In this document: positions 13,267 through 27,204 of the stretch, in pieces | Layout of the letters: every line of letters starts with the position of its first letter | How positions within the stretch are numbered: position 1 is the stretch's first letter | From: Eledone cirrhosa | Taxonomy: Eukaryota | Direction: 5' to 3' | NCBI GenBank assembly: GCA_964016885.1 | Contig: OZ024741.1 | Span: forward strand, 32,674,001-32,738,000 | DNA: 64,000 nt | Made by a program: the position numbers and the translations under genes | The notes under the pieces: generated by a model | Databases searched by the model: none | What the model was told of the DNA's origin: nothing | The model's input: the letters and a program-made list of their open reading frames with translations, nothing else

Positions 13267-13760
13267 TATTGTAAGGTGATTCTATTAGTAGAGATGGGGG
13301 AGGGAGTTGTGTGTATACGGGTGTTATGTGTGTGTGCGAGTATGTTAAGATGGAGAGAATATATATTTTGTGTGCGTGTATATATATATATGTGTAGGAA
13401 AGTGGTTCTATTAGTAGAAATGGGGAGGGAGTTGTAGGTGTGGGGGTTGTTATGTGTGTGTATGGGTGTTATGTGTGTGTATGGGTGTTATGTGTGTGGG
13501 AGTATGGTTAGCATGTTAAGATGAATAGAATATATATATATATATATATTGTGTGTGTGTGTATGTGTGTGTGTAGGAAAGTGATTCCTTTATTAGGAAT
13601 ATTTTTGAATGAACATATTTTCCTTACTTATTCGTGTTTGCTGTTGTATTGTCAGTGCAAACGTATGTTAAGGTTTATTTAGTTCGGGTTTTTATTTTCT
13701 AAAGTAGAAGGTGTTATGTGTGTGTGTGTATGTCATATTATGTTGTTGACATAATGTATA

Positions 13761-16700
13761 TTAAACCTTATTTAATGTTGGTCTATATTTTTGAATAAAC
13801 ATATTTTCCTTATTTATTCGCATTTGTTCTATTGTATTGTTAGCGCAAAGGTAAAATGGGAAGACTTGGAATTTGGGTGTCTTATTACTTGCGCAAATGT
13901 CTAGATGTGCACTTAGTGGTATCTGTCTCGTGGTTGGATCTCGTAATTGTTGGCGATGAACTGTCATTCTGTTTCTGAGTGTGAGTGTGAGTTTAGTTTG
14001 TCCTATATAATCTTCATTGCATCCTTTACATTTAATGGCATAAAGTAGATTTTTTGATGAGCAAGTGAAGTGATTTTTTACAGTAAAATTTTGTCCTGAT
14101 TTAAATGTATACGTGTTGCCTTCAATGAGGTGAGTGCAGGTTCCACAATTAGAGCGACCACATTTTTTGATACTTGGTTGTGGGTTTGTGGTAGGTAATT
14201 TGGCATTGGTGAGTAATGTTTTCAGTGATTTTGGTTGTCTTTTGCTTTTGATTATTTTGTGTTTCAAGGGCTTTTTTCATTCTTGGGTTTGTTTTAGTAG
14301 TGGGATGTTATTGTGAATAGTGTTGTAAGCTTCCGCATTTCTTGGGTTGTGTGTTGAGATATATGACAGAATATTGGACGTACCTTGAATTTGTTTCTGT
14401 TTCCGTAATTCATCAATGCCTATTGCTTTAGCCCTTTCTATTCCATTATTTATTAGTAATAGTGGGTACTCTCTCTCGAGTAGAATTTCTTTTAATTCTT
14501 GAAGTCTTTTATTTCGCGTTTCATAATTGGAGACAATTGTGCAAATTCTTCTTGCTAGGTTAAAAGGAATGTTCGTCTTCGTGTGCTTTGGATGGTTGGA
14601 GGTGAATAGCAGATATTGTTTGGAATCTGTTGGTTTGTAGTGTATGTCAGTTACAATATTTGTGTCTTTTTTTAAGATTAAGATGTCCAGAAATGGGAGT
14701 TGATCTTGGCTGTATTCCATTGTGAATTGGATGTGGTTATTGATGCCGTTTATTAAGTTTTTGAAATCCTTCAGTTGGTCGAGTGTGTGGGACCAAAGAA
14801 TGAGGCAATCATCCAAGTAGCGTTTCCAATTCTCTGATAAATATTTGTGGAAGTTCAATCCGTATTTTGATTTGGACTGTTCATATATCTGGACTTCTAA
14901 GTATGCCATGACTAAGTTGGCATAAATTGGAGCGGCTTTTGTACCCATCGCAGTCCCCGATATTTGCTTGTAAGTATTGCCATCGAAATAAAAAAAAGTT
15001 GTTCTGTAGGATGAATTTTAATCCCTCGGTGATGAAGCTTTTTTCTATTCTGTCAGGTATCTCATTGGGATATTTCTCTAGCCAGAATCCTATTGCTTCT
15101 AGTCCGTATTGGTGTGGGATCGTTGTGTAGAGATTCACTACATCGAAAGACACAATAATGGTGTCGTTGTTGACATGTTTGGGGAGGTGGTTTAAGAGGT
15201 CCAGATCGTCTCTTACAAGGCTTGGTATGTGTTTCAGTATTGGTTTCAGTAGTATGTCTATAAAGTTGCTCAATCTGTGTGTTTCACATTGTGGGCCCGC
15301 TACAATTGGTCTTAATTTAAGGTCTGTGGGGTATTGTGTGTTCACGCAGGCTGAGGTGGATTGTTTACAGGCATCGTTGATTATTTTACACTTGTGGATC
15401 TTCGGAAGTCCGTAAAGGTTGCTGGTTTTGTATTCAAAATTTGTTAAATAATCGCGTTCCTTTTTAGTTAGGTCTTCCTGGTATCGATAAATCAGTGTGT
15501 TTAATTTGGTCATTATTTTTGATTGCTGGTAGTTTTTTACTCTTTCATAGTAATTAGTATTTTGTAAGAGAGAGAACATAGAATTTTTATATTTTTCAGC
15601 CTCCATAATGACAACAGTACTTCCCCTGTCCGCTTCCTTAATTATAATGTCCGTATTGTTTTTTGTTCATGGATAATCTCCCATTCCCTTCGACTTGTGT
15701 TGGGTTTGGGTTTAGGTTGCGGTAGTTCATGGTATGGGAAGGTAGCTATGTGGTCACAACATTTGTCCAGAACTTTGTTTCTACCTTTTGTTGGGTTGTA
15801 GCTGCTTTTATTCCGTACAATTTATTCGTCGTTATTCTCCTTGTCAAAGAATTCCTCTGTGAGACGTAATTTTCTACAGAAGTGTGAGATATCGTCATTT
15901 ATCTCGTTGGGGTTAGGGTATTGTGGTGTTGGTGTGAATTTCAGACCTTTGGAGAGAATTTTTACTTGTTGGGCTGAGAGGTTTGTATTTGAAATGTTAA
16001 TTATTTTCGGTTTTTCAAAATCGGTTTGTGCCACCGGGTGTCGTGAGTCCTGTAGCCTTGGTCTAAAAAATGATTTTTTTGGAATGTTTTTTCATTGGTA
16101 TTATTATATCTCATGGTATTTCCTCTGTTGTTGTGTGGTCTTGTATAGAAGTTTCGGACGTATTGAGGTTCGGTTTGTTGATAGTCCGGGTTGTAGATTT
16201 GGTTCCTTTGTGTGGGTTGGGATCTACGGTTTTGGAACAGGCTCTGTGTGGGCAGGGGTCTACGGTTTTGGAATAGGTTTTATGTGGGTTGTGATCTGCG
16301 GATCAGGACCTGCCTTGTGTTCGGGGATCTTTGGTTTTTGTTAGTAGGGTTATAGTTTTGTCTATGGTTTCTGGGATTATCGTTATAGTTTTGCTGGGGG
16401 TATATTGGACGTTTTGTTACTTTTTTTGTTATTTGTTGTGCATGTGGTGTGTGAGTTTTAATTTGTTTTAAAAATGGGTTACCTGTATGTTGTTCATTTT
16501 TGAAGTCCATTTCGTAGTTGTTGAACCAGGTGGCGTTTTTTTCCCATCGCTGGAGGGATGTTAGTTCTTCATACTCACAGTTTTCTTTCCAAAGTTTTAG
16601 GGTTTTTTTTTGTAGAGTAGGCCTTCAGAGTGCTTTGTGATTTCTGTGTCCATCTGTTGGTCGAGTGACTTGAATTTTTCTTCGTTGGAGTTGGCTCTTA

Positions 16701-17205
16701 ATCGCAACAGTTCTATTTCTGTTTTAAATTTTTCCAATGCCATCTTTTCCCTAAGTCTTTGTTGGTTTTCTGGTTCATTCGGGATGGGTTTTATTTGGAG
16801 TTTTTGGGGGAAGATAATTGGGGTAGAGTTTAGCCACTTTTCATATATGTCTGCCTTGCCATTATTTTTTAGGAGATTCCAAAGGGCGAATTTGCGGGCT
16901 GTGAGCTTTTGAGTCCATATATTGATTAGGGTGTTTTTCACTGAGTGGACATCTCGTAGATTGGGTTCTAACGGTTGTTCCAGCTTTTGGAGCATTGCTG
17001 TTTCAATGGTTTCGATTAGCTTAGTTAATACTGGAGTAATATTCGTCTCTTGGGTATTTTCTGTTTCTTCGTGGGGTCCTTTTTTATAGATGTGTATTTG
17101 GTCCACTTTGTTGGTCAAAATTGAGAGTTTAGAGGAAATCTCTTTGAGTTCATTTAAGATGTCCTGGTTCAGTGAGTTGTTGTTTTGTTGAGACTTTGGT
17201 GGCAT
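13761..17205 (-). pseudogene. PLE polyprotein (N-terminal region, RT, Cys-rich linker, GIY-YIG endonuclease), split into several frames
   Basis: LSKGLKFTPTP; LYGLPKIHK; RPIVAG; SFDVVNLYTTIP; MGTKAAPIYANL; WKRYLDD; LPFLD; KCGRSNCGTC; NLLYAIKCKGCNEDYIGQT. Confidence 0.9.
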
Positions 17206-17370
17206 TTTCGGTCCTCGTGTGGTGGATATATATTAGAAAGTGAGGTTTTTTTTACAAAATGAAAAATAACCGAGGTGTCCTACACGAGTGAAAGTATAAA
17301 GAAAAAGAGATGAAATCGAAAATGCAACTGGAGTCTTATTTTTTTTTAAAATATATATATTTATTTGGTC

Positions 17371-17408
17371 CCTTTACCGGTTTCGCAGTTCTTCTGCTTT
17401 TCAAAAGG
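17371..17408 (-). ncRNA. Minimal hammerhead ribozyme, U3-A8 core variant (pLTR copy 2)
   Basis: Same motif as at 12663-12700. Confidence 0.7.
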
Positions 17409-17959
17409 TGAGTTGAGATGGAGGGTCTGTGGTTTTTCTAACATCTGGTTGGTCTCTGAATGTTACTTGTTTTATATGGAAAATGTGGCTCGAAATGCCA
17501 GGTTTTTCGAGAAGTAATTTGATTGGTTTGTCAATAATTATAATAAATTTCGCGCCAGTTCGCGTTACAGTAGTTCTTAAAATAAGAGGAGGGGGGGTTG
17601 TCACAGGTTGTTTTTTCATATATAAGTGTTTGAATTTCTGTTTACTTGAAAAAAGGAGGCTCACGAAGGCTTTTTTTTGGTTGGTTATAAATGAAATTTG
17701 GCTGTCACGGGAACAAGTTTTCGTTACATTTTTGCGCCCTTATTTGGAAAACTATTCTGTAGTCTTTATAGTGAATGTTATGACAATGGAGAGATAGTGG
17801 TCAAGAGAAAAGGCGCGAAATTTATTATAATTATTGACAAACCAATCAAATTAATTCTCGAAAAACCTGGCATTTCGAGCCACCTTTTCCATATAAAACA
17901 AGTAACATTCAGAGACCAACCAGATGTGAGAAAAACCACAGACCCTCCATCTCAACACA

Positions 17960-17997
17960 CCTTTTGAAAAGCAGAAGAACTGCGAAACCGGTAAAGG
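17960..17997 (+). ncRNA. Minimal hammerhead ribozyme, U3-A8 core variant (inverted pLTR)
   Basis: cctt TTGAAAA gcagaagaactgc GAAA ccgg TA aagg. Confidence 0.7.
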
Positions 17998-18066
17998 AAC
18001 CAAATAAATATATATATTTAAAAAAAAAATAAGAGTCCAGTTGCATTTTCGATTTCATCTCTTTTT

Positions 18067-18113
<47 letters not shown>

Positions 18114-18148
18114 GAAAAATCAGTGATGCATCTGAACTCAATTTATTT

Positions 18149-18340
18149 GGAAGTGTGGTAAGGAACCAAGTGGACCATAAGGCACCAGAGTACTCGATCA
18201 TTTGGGTAGTAGAGTGGGTAATAGGAACAGGTTCAGGACCCCGACGGCAGAGCTTTAGCCGTTTTGACGGCTATTTCTGGACCCAGAAATAGCCGGCGAA
18301 ACGGCTTGAGCTCTGCCGTCGGGGTCATGAACCTTTTCCT

Positions 18341-18342
<2 letters not shown>
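18149..18342. mobile_element. Short fold-back element (family C) with the 3' half of an HHR in each arm
   Basis: Hairpin 18223-18342; GAAA-cggc ttgagctct gccg-TC at 18298-18320; homologs at 25360-25498, 36562-36600 and 38700-38908. Confidence 0.65.
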
Positions 18343-18420
<78 letters not shown>

Positions 18421-18424
<4 letters not shown>

Positions 18425-18572
18425 ATATAGAAATGGCTTCATCGGGACTAGAATTAGTTCATTGGGAAGAAATCATCAGGAAGCCTTGATGTTTTCTCAT
18501 GAATGAAACACTTCTAGTCCTGTAGAAGCCATTTCTATATTAAATTTTTATACTCTGCTATTATTGAATGCC
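18421..18572. mobile_element. Family A fold-back pLTR fragment with two degenerate HHRs
   Basis: TAGAAATGGCTTC...AATCATCAGGAAGCC followed by ...GAATGAAACACTTCTAGTCCTGTAGAAGCCATTTCTA. Confidence 0.65.
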
Positions 18573-18872
18573 TTATATATATATACACACAGACATAAAT
18601 TCATCGTATAGTTCGGCTGCTGGCAGCACAATTTACTATGAGTTAAAACTTACAACACGAGCGCTAGTGGTATAAATTACTACGACTATTTAAGTGATAC
18701 GAGTACATGTGACAAAGTGTTTAAGCCCATCACTTATATATTTCCTTGTGCTTGTATATTATAATGGGAAGCTGACATGTTTCGAAAATCTATTGAGGGC
18801 AGTCATTAAGTTGTTAAGTTTACTGCTTAATAAGCTGAGCTTATATAATTACATATCTAGATGAACAATACG

Positions 18873-18904
<32 letters not shown>

Positions 18905-18908
<4 letters not shown>

Positions 18909-19073
18909 TGAGATTCTACAGGACTAGAACGGTTTCATTCATTAGAAATCATGTTCTAATGAATGAAACAGTTCTAGTCCTGTAGAATCTCATCTATATT
19001 AAAACTTTTATACTCTGCTATGTATTGAGTACCTTACTTACTGTGGTTACCTCCGATTCAACCCGGAATAACG
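18905..19073. mobile_element. Family A fold-back pLTR fragment, folded inside the HHR core
   Basis: AGATGAGATTCTACAGGACTAG...|...CTAGTCCTGTAGAATCTCATCT plus tail ...CCGATTCAACCCGGAATAACG(TA)n, as at 11485-11568. Confidence 0.75.
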
Positions 19074-19138
19074 TATATATATATATATATATATATATGA
19101 CAATTTTTACTAACTTGGTTATCTCTGTACTGTATAGG

Positions 19139-19299
<161 letters not shown>

Positions 19300-19418
19300 A
19301 TAATAATAAATGTGAAGACTAAAATCGAAAGAGGGCTCGATAAAGTTAAATATATAAGAGCTGTTAAGGGTGAAAGCAGCGATTCTTTGCTTAAACTTTA
19401 ATCTATTATTTTAATAAA

Positions 19419-19481
<63 letters not shown>

Positions 19482-19778
19482 GTTAAATGCAACTCGATTC
19501 CTAGTAATGTTATCCTTTGATACTTATGCAGATGCTGGGGGCTTACTTGTGGCCAGCAGTAAGATGCATCGAAAATATGAAGTGATGCCCTCTGCCTGAA
19601 TGTTTTACGTGAGGAAAGGCTTGGCACGCTGCCAAACCCACTCTCTGATCATCAAATGCATTTGACCAAAAAGAATTGGATGCACACGAAGTCGTATGTT
19701 TTATATCAGAGTGACCTTTTAAAGAGATGTCTTAATGAAGACTAGGGGCCTTTCGCTCGACACACACACATATATATG

Positions 19779-19863
<85 letters not shown>

Positions 19864-20709
19864 TGTGTGTGTTTTATTATAATAATATTATTAAAATTCG
19901 ATTCGTTTGCAAGCAAACAGCTTCACAACGCTATGTGTAGCAGAGAGAAACAATTGACAATTATTCAGGGTTATTGCCCCTTGTCAAGAATGTGTCTCTC
20001 CTTTTCCTGTCACTCACAAGAACTTTTGTGAATATATAGTATTCTCTAAACTATACCCCGGCTGACTAACCAAATTTGCGTACCGAGCGATTTTATAGCT
20101 GGCAGTGCAGAAAATTAAAATCAAATAGTCTTGAAACAATTTGTTTCTCACCCAGTCAGCTAGATTTATACTAGGGAGCTGACATCCAACGTCTGTGCAA
20201 GGCTCTGATTCACAAAGCTGGACTAAAAAATGGTATTCGCTGTCATACAGTGAAATCAGTGGTTAACTATCAGGTTGCTGTTGGTTATGCTGCTCATTAT
20301 ATTGATCAACCATGTGGAAAAGCGCATAGATCAGCAGCAGGGCTCAAACACCATGTGAAAATAGATGATGACAAGCCACAACATGCTATTGCCAATGAAC
20401 GTTTTATCATACTTGCTGACTCTCTGCAAGCCCCTTTAAATCATTAACCGGACTAAAATTACACATTTGATCAAAACTACAATACAAGATTGTTTATAAG
20501 AACTCGTGTGATGGTTATACTCGATAACATGGGGGCAGCCATCATCTATGTAAGGATAAACACATACACACACACACGCACACAAATATATATATATATA
20601 TATATGGAGATAGAGAAGGGGAGGAGGGAGAGATGAAGAGAGAGAGAGAGAAAGAAATAGACAGATAGGTAGATAGCTAAATGGATGGACAGATGAATGA
20701 ATGGATAGG

Positions 20710-20745
<36 letters not shown>

Positions 20746-21132
20746 GAATTTATATACAGCCTTAACGTGTCGGAAGCTCGTTCCCAAAACGAGAAATTAA
20801 TGAAGTGGTCGTCTTTGGGATCTCGCTATGTATAAAATAACATTCAACAAAATATGGCGTGAGAATAGCAAATGAGAAAATGTACATTAGTAAGTGTATA
20901 ACACTTTTATCTTGTCATGTTCGAATAATAAAAGAACTATTACCGTAATGAGACAACCATAAACATGGAACCAACCGCGCATGGATGTCGATATGTAAGC
21001 AGAAGTTCTCATTGTATATATGCATGGACACACATACACAGACATGCTAATATACATGTGTATACAGTTATTACCAACACTATCAGTGCTATCATGTATA
21101 TACATATATATATCTATATATATATATATATA

Positions 21133-21211
21133 CAGGGTGTCCTCCAAAGATGTACATACACTTCTATTAGATTGCTGTGGAAATGTGTATACATTTTTAT
21201 GTGACACCCTG
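21133..21211. mobile_element. Tiny Tc1/mariner-type MITE remnant
   Basis: TA|CAGGGTGTC...GACACCCTG|TA terminal inverted repeats with TA flanks. Confidence 0.6.
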
Positions 21212-22063
21212 TATATATATGTATATATATGTGTGTGTGTGTGTGCGTGCATATATATGTATATATATGTATATGTATATGTATATATATGTATATGTAT
21301 ATGTATATGTATATATATATGTACATATATGTTTATATATATGTATATATATATACATATGTGTGCGTGTGTGTGTGCATGCATGTTTGTGTAAGCGCAT
21401 GGGTGTCAATGATGAGTGCCGCCATGGCATTGAGTATATTTCCCCTTTGCCTTCTTTCCTCTCTTTATTTTAAGTATAGAGTGCCTGTCATACACCAATG
21501 TGACCAGACCAATGCCTCCACCTCATACAAGATATTGGTATTTCTGCTGAGGAAGCAGTCATACGTATAAGCGGGTAATCATGTCAGTCTTCCATTGTCG
21601 CATATGGGCGTGATAATCCGATCTACGCAAACATGTGTGTTTTAGATTGTGCGACTCGATATCTCTCATGGAATTGAAAAAAAGAAGGTAGACGCCAATT
21701 GTATTCACATATAAATTATTATAGTAACAATCACCTCTGCAAATATTTAAGTGTTTCAAGCTATTAAATCAAAGGTTCTCAAAGCCTTTCGACCACCGTC
21801 CCCCTCACGGCCACGTAAAATCCTCAGCACCATCAAGCCGATTTCCAGAGAGACCCGCCTACACACACATTTTAAATAATATATAAAATCGTCAATTTAT
21901 ATACAATAAAAAATATAATATACACTATGTATGAATAAATATTATATAATTCTTATTTTGCTATATCTATCTTAACTATAATAAAGGAAGGAGTGCGGGA
22001 CTGAGTCCAGAATATATCTTTTTACCCCGTTTGTAAAATAAGTTGGATTACTTTGAATAAATA

Positions 22064-22480
22064 ATTATTTCTACTTTTGACACAAGGCCGACAATGATCC
22101 CAGTGCTTTACTGGTACTTTATTTTATCGACCTCGTAAGGATGAAAGGCAAAGTTAACCTCGGCGGGATTTGAACACAGACCATAAAGGGCCGTAACTCT
22201 TTGCTGCAAAGTATGGCGTTCGACCCTCTACCGATACTGCCAATCCACCGCCCTGATTTAGCACATAAATTGTGTAATGTTCATTCATTACTTTGAATAA
22301 ATAATTGTTTCTACTTTAGGCACAAGGCCAGCAATTACTCAGTGTATTACTGGTACTTTATTTTATCGACCCCGTAAGGATGAAAGGCAAAGTCAACCTC
22401 GGCGGGATTTGAACTCAGATCGTAAAGGGACGTAACTATGCTGGAAAGCATGGCGTCCGACCCTCTACAGATACTGCCAA
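22064..22480 (-). mobile_element. Two tandem Octopus-type SINE copies (22064-22255, 22304-22480)
   Basis: TTTTATCGACCCCGTAAGGATGAAAGGCAAAGT.AACCTCGGCGGGATTTGAAC (B box on the minus strand). Confidence 0.85.
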
Positions 22481-22911
22481 TTAATGACTGAATATTACAT
22501 AATTTATGTGCTGAATTTCGTGGCTGTTGATTAAATATATTTTATAGATTATTTAAAGAATCACTTCTTTAAAATTTTCAAATGTCAACACTTCCGGTTA
22601 GCGGCCGTTATATTATAACACTTATAAAAATATCGCATATATTTCTGTCGCTAATTTTCTCCTTTTTCGTTTTCATTACATTTCACTGTAATGCAGTTTA
22701 TATATAATATCGTCGTTTTTAAAATGTATCATGGAATACTTTACTGATTACAGAAGACAGTGTAACATCGACTTCGTTCAATTTCTGTGTATATGTCAAT
22801 TACGATTTTATTTGAAGTATCATGTCTACATGCATATATATTTGGGTATAATATCAATATACACACTACACATGCTAGCTGAAAACCACTCGAGGGTGGT
22901 TTTTCTGCTAG

Positions 22912-23551
22912 TATATATAAAGTTGTAGTTCCTGTCTGTTTGTTTGTTTGTTTGTTCACGAACTCCTCCTATGGTTTTGGAGATAGACCCTCATAATCAT
23001 ATATATTCTGAAACTATATTGCCCAGGGTACTAGGATAAGAATATTTCATTTTAATCAAAGGGTTCCCCGGGGCAGACACCCCCGCTGAAAATGTTTTCC
23101 CTTCGAAATTTAAACCATATATATGAAATTTAAACCATAGTTGAAGGACAAGATATGATGCCTATTCACAAATTCCAGCAAATTTCAATAATATTAAGAC
23201 ACCCTAATGGGGGTTAATGAAAGGGTTACCCGGGGGCACAACGCCCAGCTGAAAATGATTTCCTTTAGATTTATATGAAATATAAACCATACGTAAATGA
23301 CAAGATATCATGCCTATTCACAAACGTTTTGAATCGATATTTTGAAAAAAATTATTTACAAGAAACAAAATAAGAATAATGTAATTTTGATTTGATATAT
23401 TACAAAAAATGTTTTCAAATTTTTCATGCATTACATTTTACATTGAGTAATATTAAAATACAGAGTTTTTCTCCATAAATTATATCATTGATTTAAAATC
23501 AATCATCAAAAAAATGTGTGAAAAGCAGCAAAGCGCTTGCAACTCGGCTAG
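22912..23551 (+). mobile_element. Helitron-like non-autonomous element
   Basis: Starts TATATATAAAG...GTCTGTTTGTTTG; ends with a small hairpin GCAAAGCGCTTGC then CTAG|T; internal ~110-bp duplication (23058 / 23220). Confidence 0.5.
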
Positions 23552-24064
23552 TTTATATATAATATGTATCATTTGATATTAATATACGATTGTATCAGCT
23601 CTAACGCAACCTTAGATCCCAGCCCCACCTAGACCTTCTTAATGCCCACTGAGGAGGGGGCGGTAGCGCTGTATTAAACTATCAATAAGTGAAACAAGTG
23701 AAACACGTACGGGAAGGACAAAGACGCATGTTATCTATATATACACACACACACGAACACATACAAACACACACAAACACACACAAACACACGTATATAT
23801 TGTTCTTGTGCTGTGTTTGTATGTGTGTGCAAGTGCATACAAAAAACTCTTCTTTTAAATCATCTAATATTTTGTTAATAAAATTGAAGATCTTAGAATT
23901 AAAATTAAGGATAAGAAACAAAATTAACCACAGTCTTTTCAGAACAGAGGCCCAAGTTCTCTTGCCGAGGCAGTCGATATAGGCATACTCCCATTGTGAC
24001 TGAGGGAAGGAAAAGTTTCAAGATGACAAGTACAGAAAATATTTGTTTTATACGGCCTGTATTA

Positions 24065-24065
<1 letters not shown>

Positions 24066-24095
<30 letters not shown>

Positions 24096-24119
24096 CTTCT
24101 TCTTCTTCTTCTTCTTCTT

Positions 24120-24150
<31 letters not shown>

Positions 24151-24300
24151 GAGGGTAGTGGAGGCAGATTCCTCAAACACTCCTTCCAGCGTGTCCTATC
24201 AGAAACAACCATCTCCAAATAATCTGGCTGGATGCCCAAGCGCCACCAGCCAAGGTCAAGGATTTATCCAACCATCTTGCTCGGGTTCTACCCCGAGGTT
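24066..24300 (-). mobile_element. RTE-like LINE 3' end with (AAG)n tail
   Basis: GIQPDYLEMVVSDRTRWKECLRNLPPLPS followed by (AAG)n; related to 56640-56926. Confidence 0.55.
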
Positions 24301-24321
24301 ATTTTCTGTAGTTATTTCTGG

Positions 24322-24367
<46 letters not shown>

Positions 24368-24569
24368 TTACACTATTTTCGCACACACGCAACCATACAT
24401 TCACACCACACACAAACACACACGCACACATGTGCCTATCCTCATATACACTTACTCGGCCTCCGGTTTATGCCCGAAACGTCGTGGCTCAGCCCCCACT
24501 CTCAAGCGTGAACCTAATATTAACACATTGTACTGCACTCTTCGTTATTGTTTTTGTTTTCTTTTTTAA

Positions 24570-24613
<44 letters not shown>

Positions 24614-25206
24614 TATATATATACATATATAAAGTGTTCAGAAAAAGAACCCCGTCTCAAGCGAGTGTTTAAGACGAATCCTAAACATGAAATGGCAACA
24701 AAAAATTCCTCACACACAGGTGTGTTGTCGTTTACTGATCTATAAATCTGGCTACATCACTAATTTAAAATAAAAAAAGCCAACTCTATGCAGCTCTACC
24801 CCTCCAATGCTAGGTGAGACAACATGTGTGGTGTGCAAAAAGATCTACAAATAAATCTCTGGTATTAAAAGACATATGAGGATACATAAGAATGACATCC
24901 CACAAACTGACCCAATCAATCCAATAGATGGGACATCCTCTGTCTGTCACATTTGTTGCAGACCGTGCGAATCTAATGCTGGACTTAAAAGACACCCGAT
25001 GGGCCATACACGGACGTTTGGTGTTGGTGACAGTTGATGAGGGTGCATAGCGAAACAGCAATCATCTGCAAAGATGAAGCAATGACCATATATAGTAATG
25101 AGAGAAGGCACATAATAAATTATACCAGATAATAGGGGATAATGTGTCGTCTCTCATTGCTATGATTCATAAAGAGATCACTCTCTCTTCCTTGAGCTCC
25201 CTTGAT

Positions 25207-25296
<90 letters not shown>

Positions 25297-25536
25297 ATGT
25301 GTGTGTGGATATATATATATATATACGTGTGTGTGTTTGTATCAGATAGGATGTGATAAAATACCAGGTGGACCATAACCCACCAGAGTACTCGATATTT
25401 GGGGGTAGTAGAGTGGATAATATGAACAGATTGAGGACTCCGACGAGTAAGCTTCGGCAATTCGACAGCTAGATCCGAACTAGCTCAATCTGTTCATATA
25501 TATATATAAATATTTGTTTGTTATGCAATTCAACGG

Positions 25537-25594
25537 AAGGAAACAAAATAGTACCACTGATGATGTCACATGTGTGTGACGAAAGAACTTTGAT

Positions 25595-25687
<93 letters not shown>

Positions 25688-25860
25688 TCTTAACCGTTGG
25701 TCAACCAATGAGAAACATTGATTGCCAGATTAATTAACTATGGAGATATAAACGATACAGAAAAGAAAACAAATCCAATCCAAACCAAGCAGCGAGTGTG
25801 TTTTAGTATTATTTCTGGCAATATTATAACTGTATGACTCTCCCCAAATATAACAATATA
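25537..25860 (+). mobile_element. Family B PLE pLTR fragment with HHR-like motif (25548-25601)
   Basis: acca-CTGATGA-t-gtcaca tgtg tgtgac-GAAA-gaac-TT-tgat; colinear with 12235-12500. Confidence 0.65.
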
Positions 25861-25867
25861 TTTATAT

Positions 25868-25965
<98 letters not shown>

Positions 25966-26157
25966 GTGTGGGGTGGGTGGTGGGGTGGAGGGTCATTGGG
26001 TTGTTGAAGCTATATAATAACATGAAACCATAACAAAAGAAAGCAAATTAAATAGTGTATATAATATAAATAACTATTTTTTTCTGATTTTTAATATAGA
26101 ATAAAGAAAGAGGAAATATAGACTCACGCACAGATATACATATACGCACATAGAAAA

Positions 26158-26218
<61 letters not shown>

Positions 26219-26628
26219 CGTGCGTGTGTGTGTACGTGTTTGTATTTTACTGTGTGTGTGTGTGTGTATGTTTCTATGTGTGCATGCATGGATGTGAGTG
26301 TGTGTTTGCGTGTCTTTGTGTGTGTGCGTGTGTATATGTGTGTGTGTGTTTCGTGTAAGTATATAATAAAGATAAGGAGAACAACTCTACCGAATAGTTG
26401 AAATATGAGTTTAATCGTGCTGACACAGCGTAAGTTTGTCCGCTTTTCCGGTCGAAATGAAGGGAACAAATCAAAGATTTGAGACAAACGTACACAAGAA
26501 AAAAATCGTAATACAATTATGGAAGATAAAAATAAGTAAATGATGTTATATTTTAGAGAATTGTCTGGAAACTATATAAGTAATCTATCTTTATCGTGAC
26601 ATATACACAAATATATGTGTGTAAGAGT

Positions 26629-26699
<71 letters not shown>

Positions 26700-26740
26700 G
26701 GGGTACACACATATATATACACATATAATCTATGTATATT

Positions 26741-26868
<128 letters not shown>

Positions 26869-27028
26869 CAGAAGTACACACACACATATATATATATGTA
26901 TATATATATAATTATATATATATATATATATGAGTGTGTGTATGTGTGTGTGTGTATACGTGTATATATATATATATATACACATGTATATTTATGTATG
27001 TGTGTGTGAATATATACACACATAGAGG

Positions 27029-27075
<47 letters not shown>

Positions 27076-27173
27076 GAACCTTACGTAAATGTATAATTTT
27101 TAGAAGTTTTTTTTACTTCAATTGTTCTATAAATCTATAAATATGATTACCTCTATTGATTTTAAGTCTTCTT

Positions 27174-27204
<31 letters not shown>

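Larger units (their letters stand above)
12519..18071 (-). mobile_element. Near full-length Penelope-like retroelement (Neptune-type) with pLTRs 12519-13111 and 17233-17813 (direct) and 17812-18071 (inverted, partial)
   Basis: ~590-bp near-identical direct repeats plus inverted partial copy; RT and C-terminal GIY-YIG inside; both ends in (TA)n. Confidence 0.93.

Noticed and set aside
23644-23715. CTGAGGA...GAAACACGTA hammerhead-like match
   Set aside because: Stem II does not pair and stem I has a closing mismatch; at best a decayed copy
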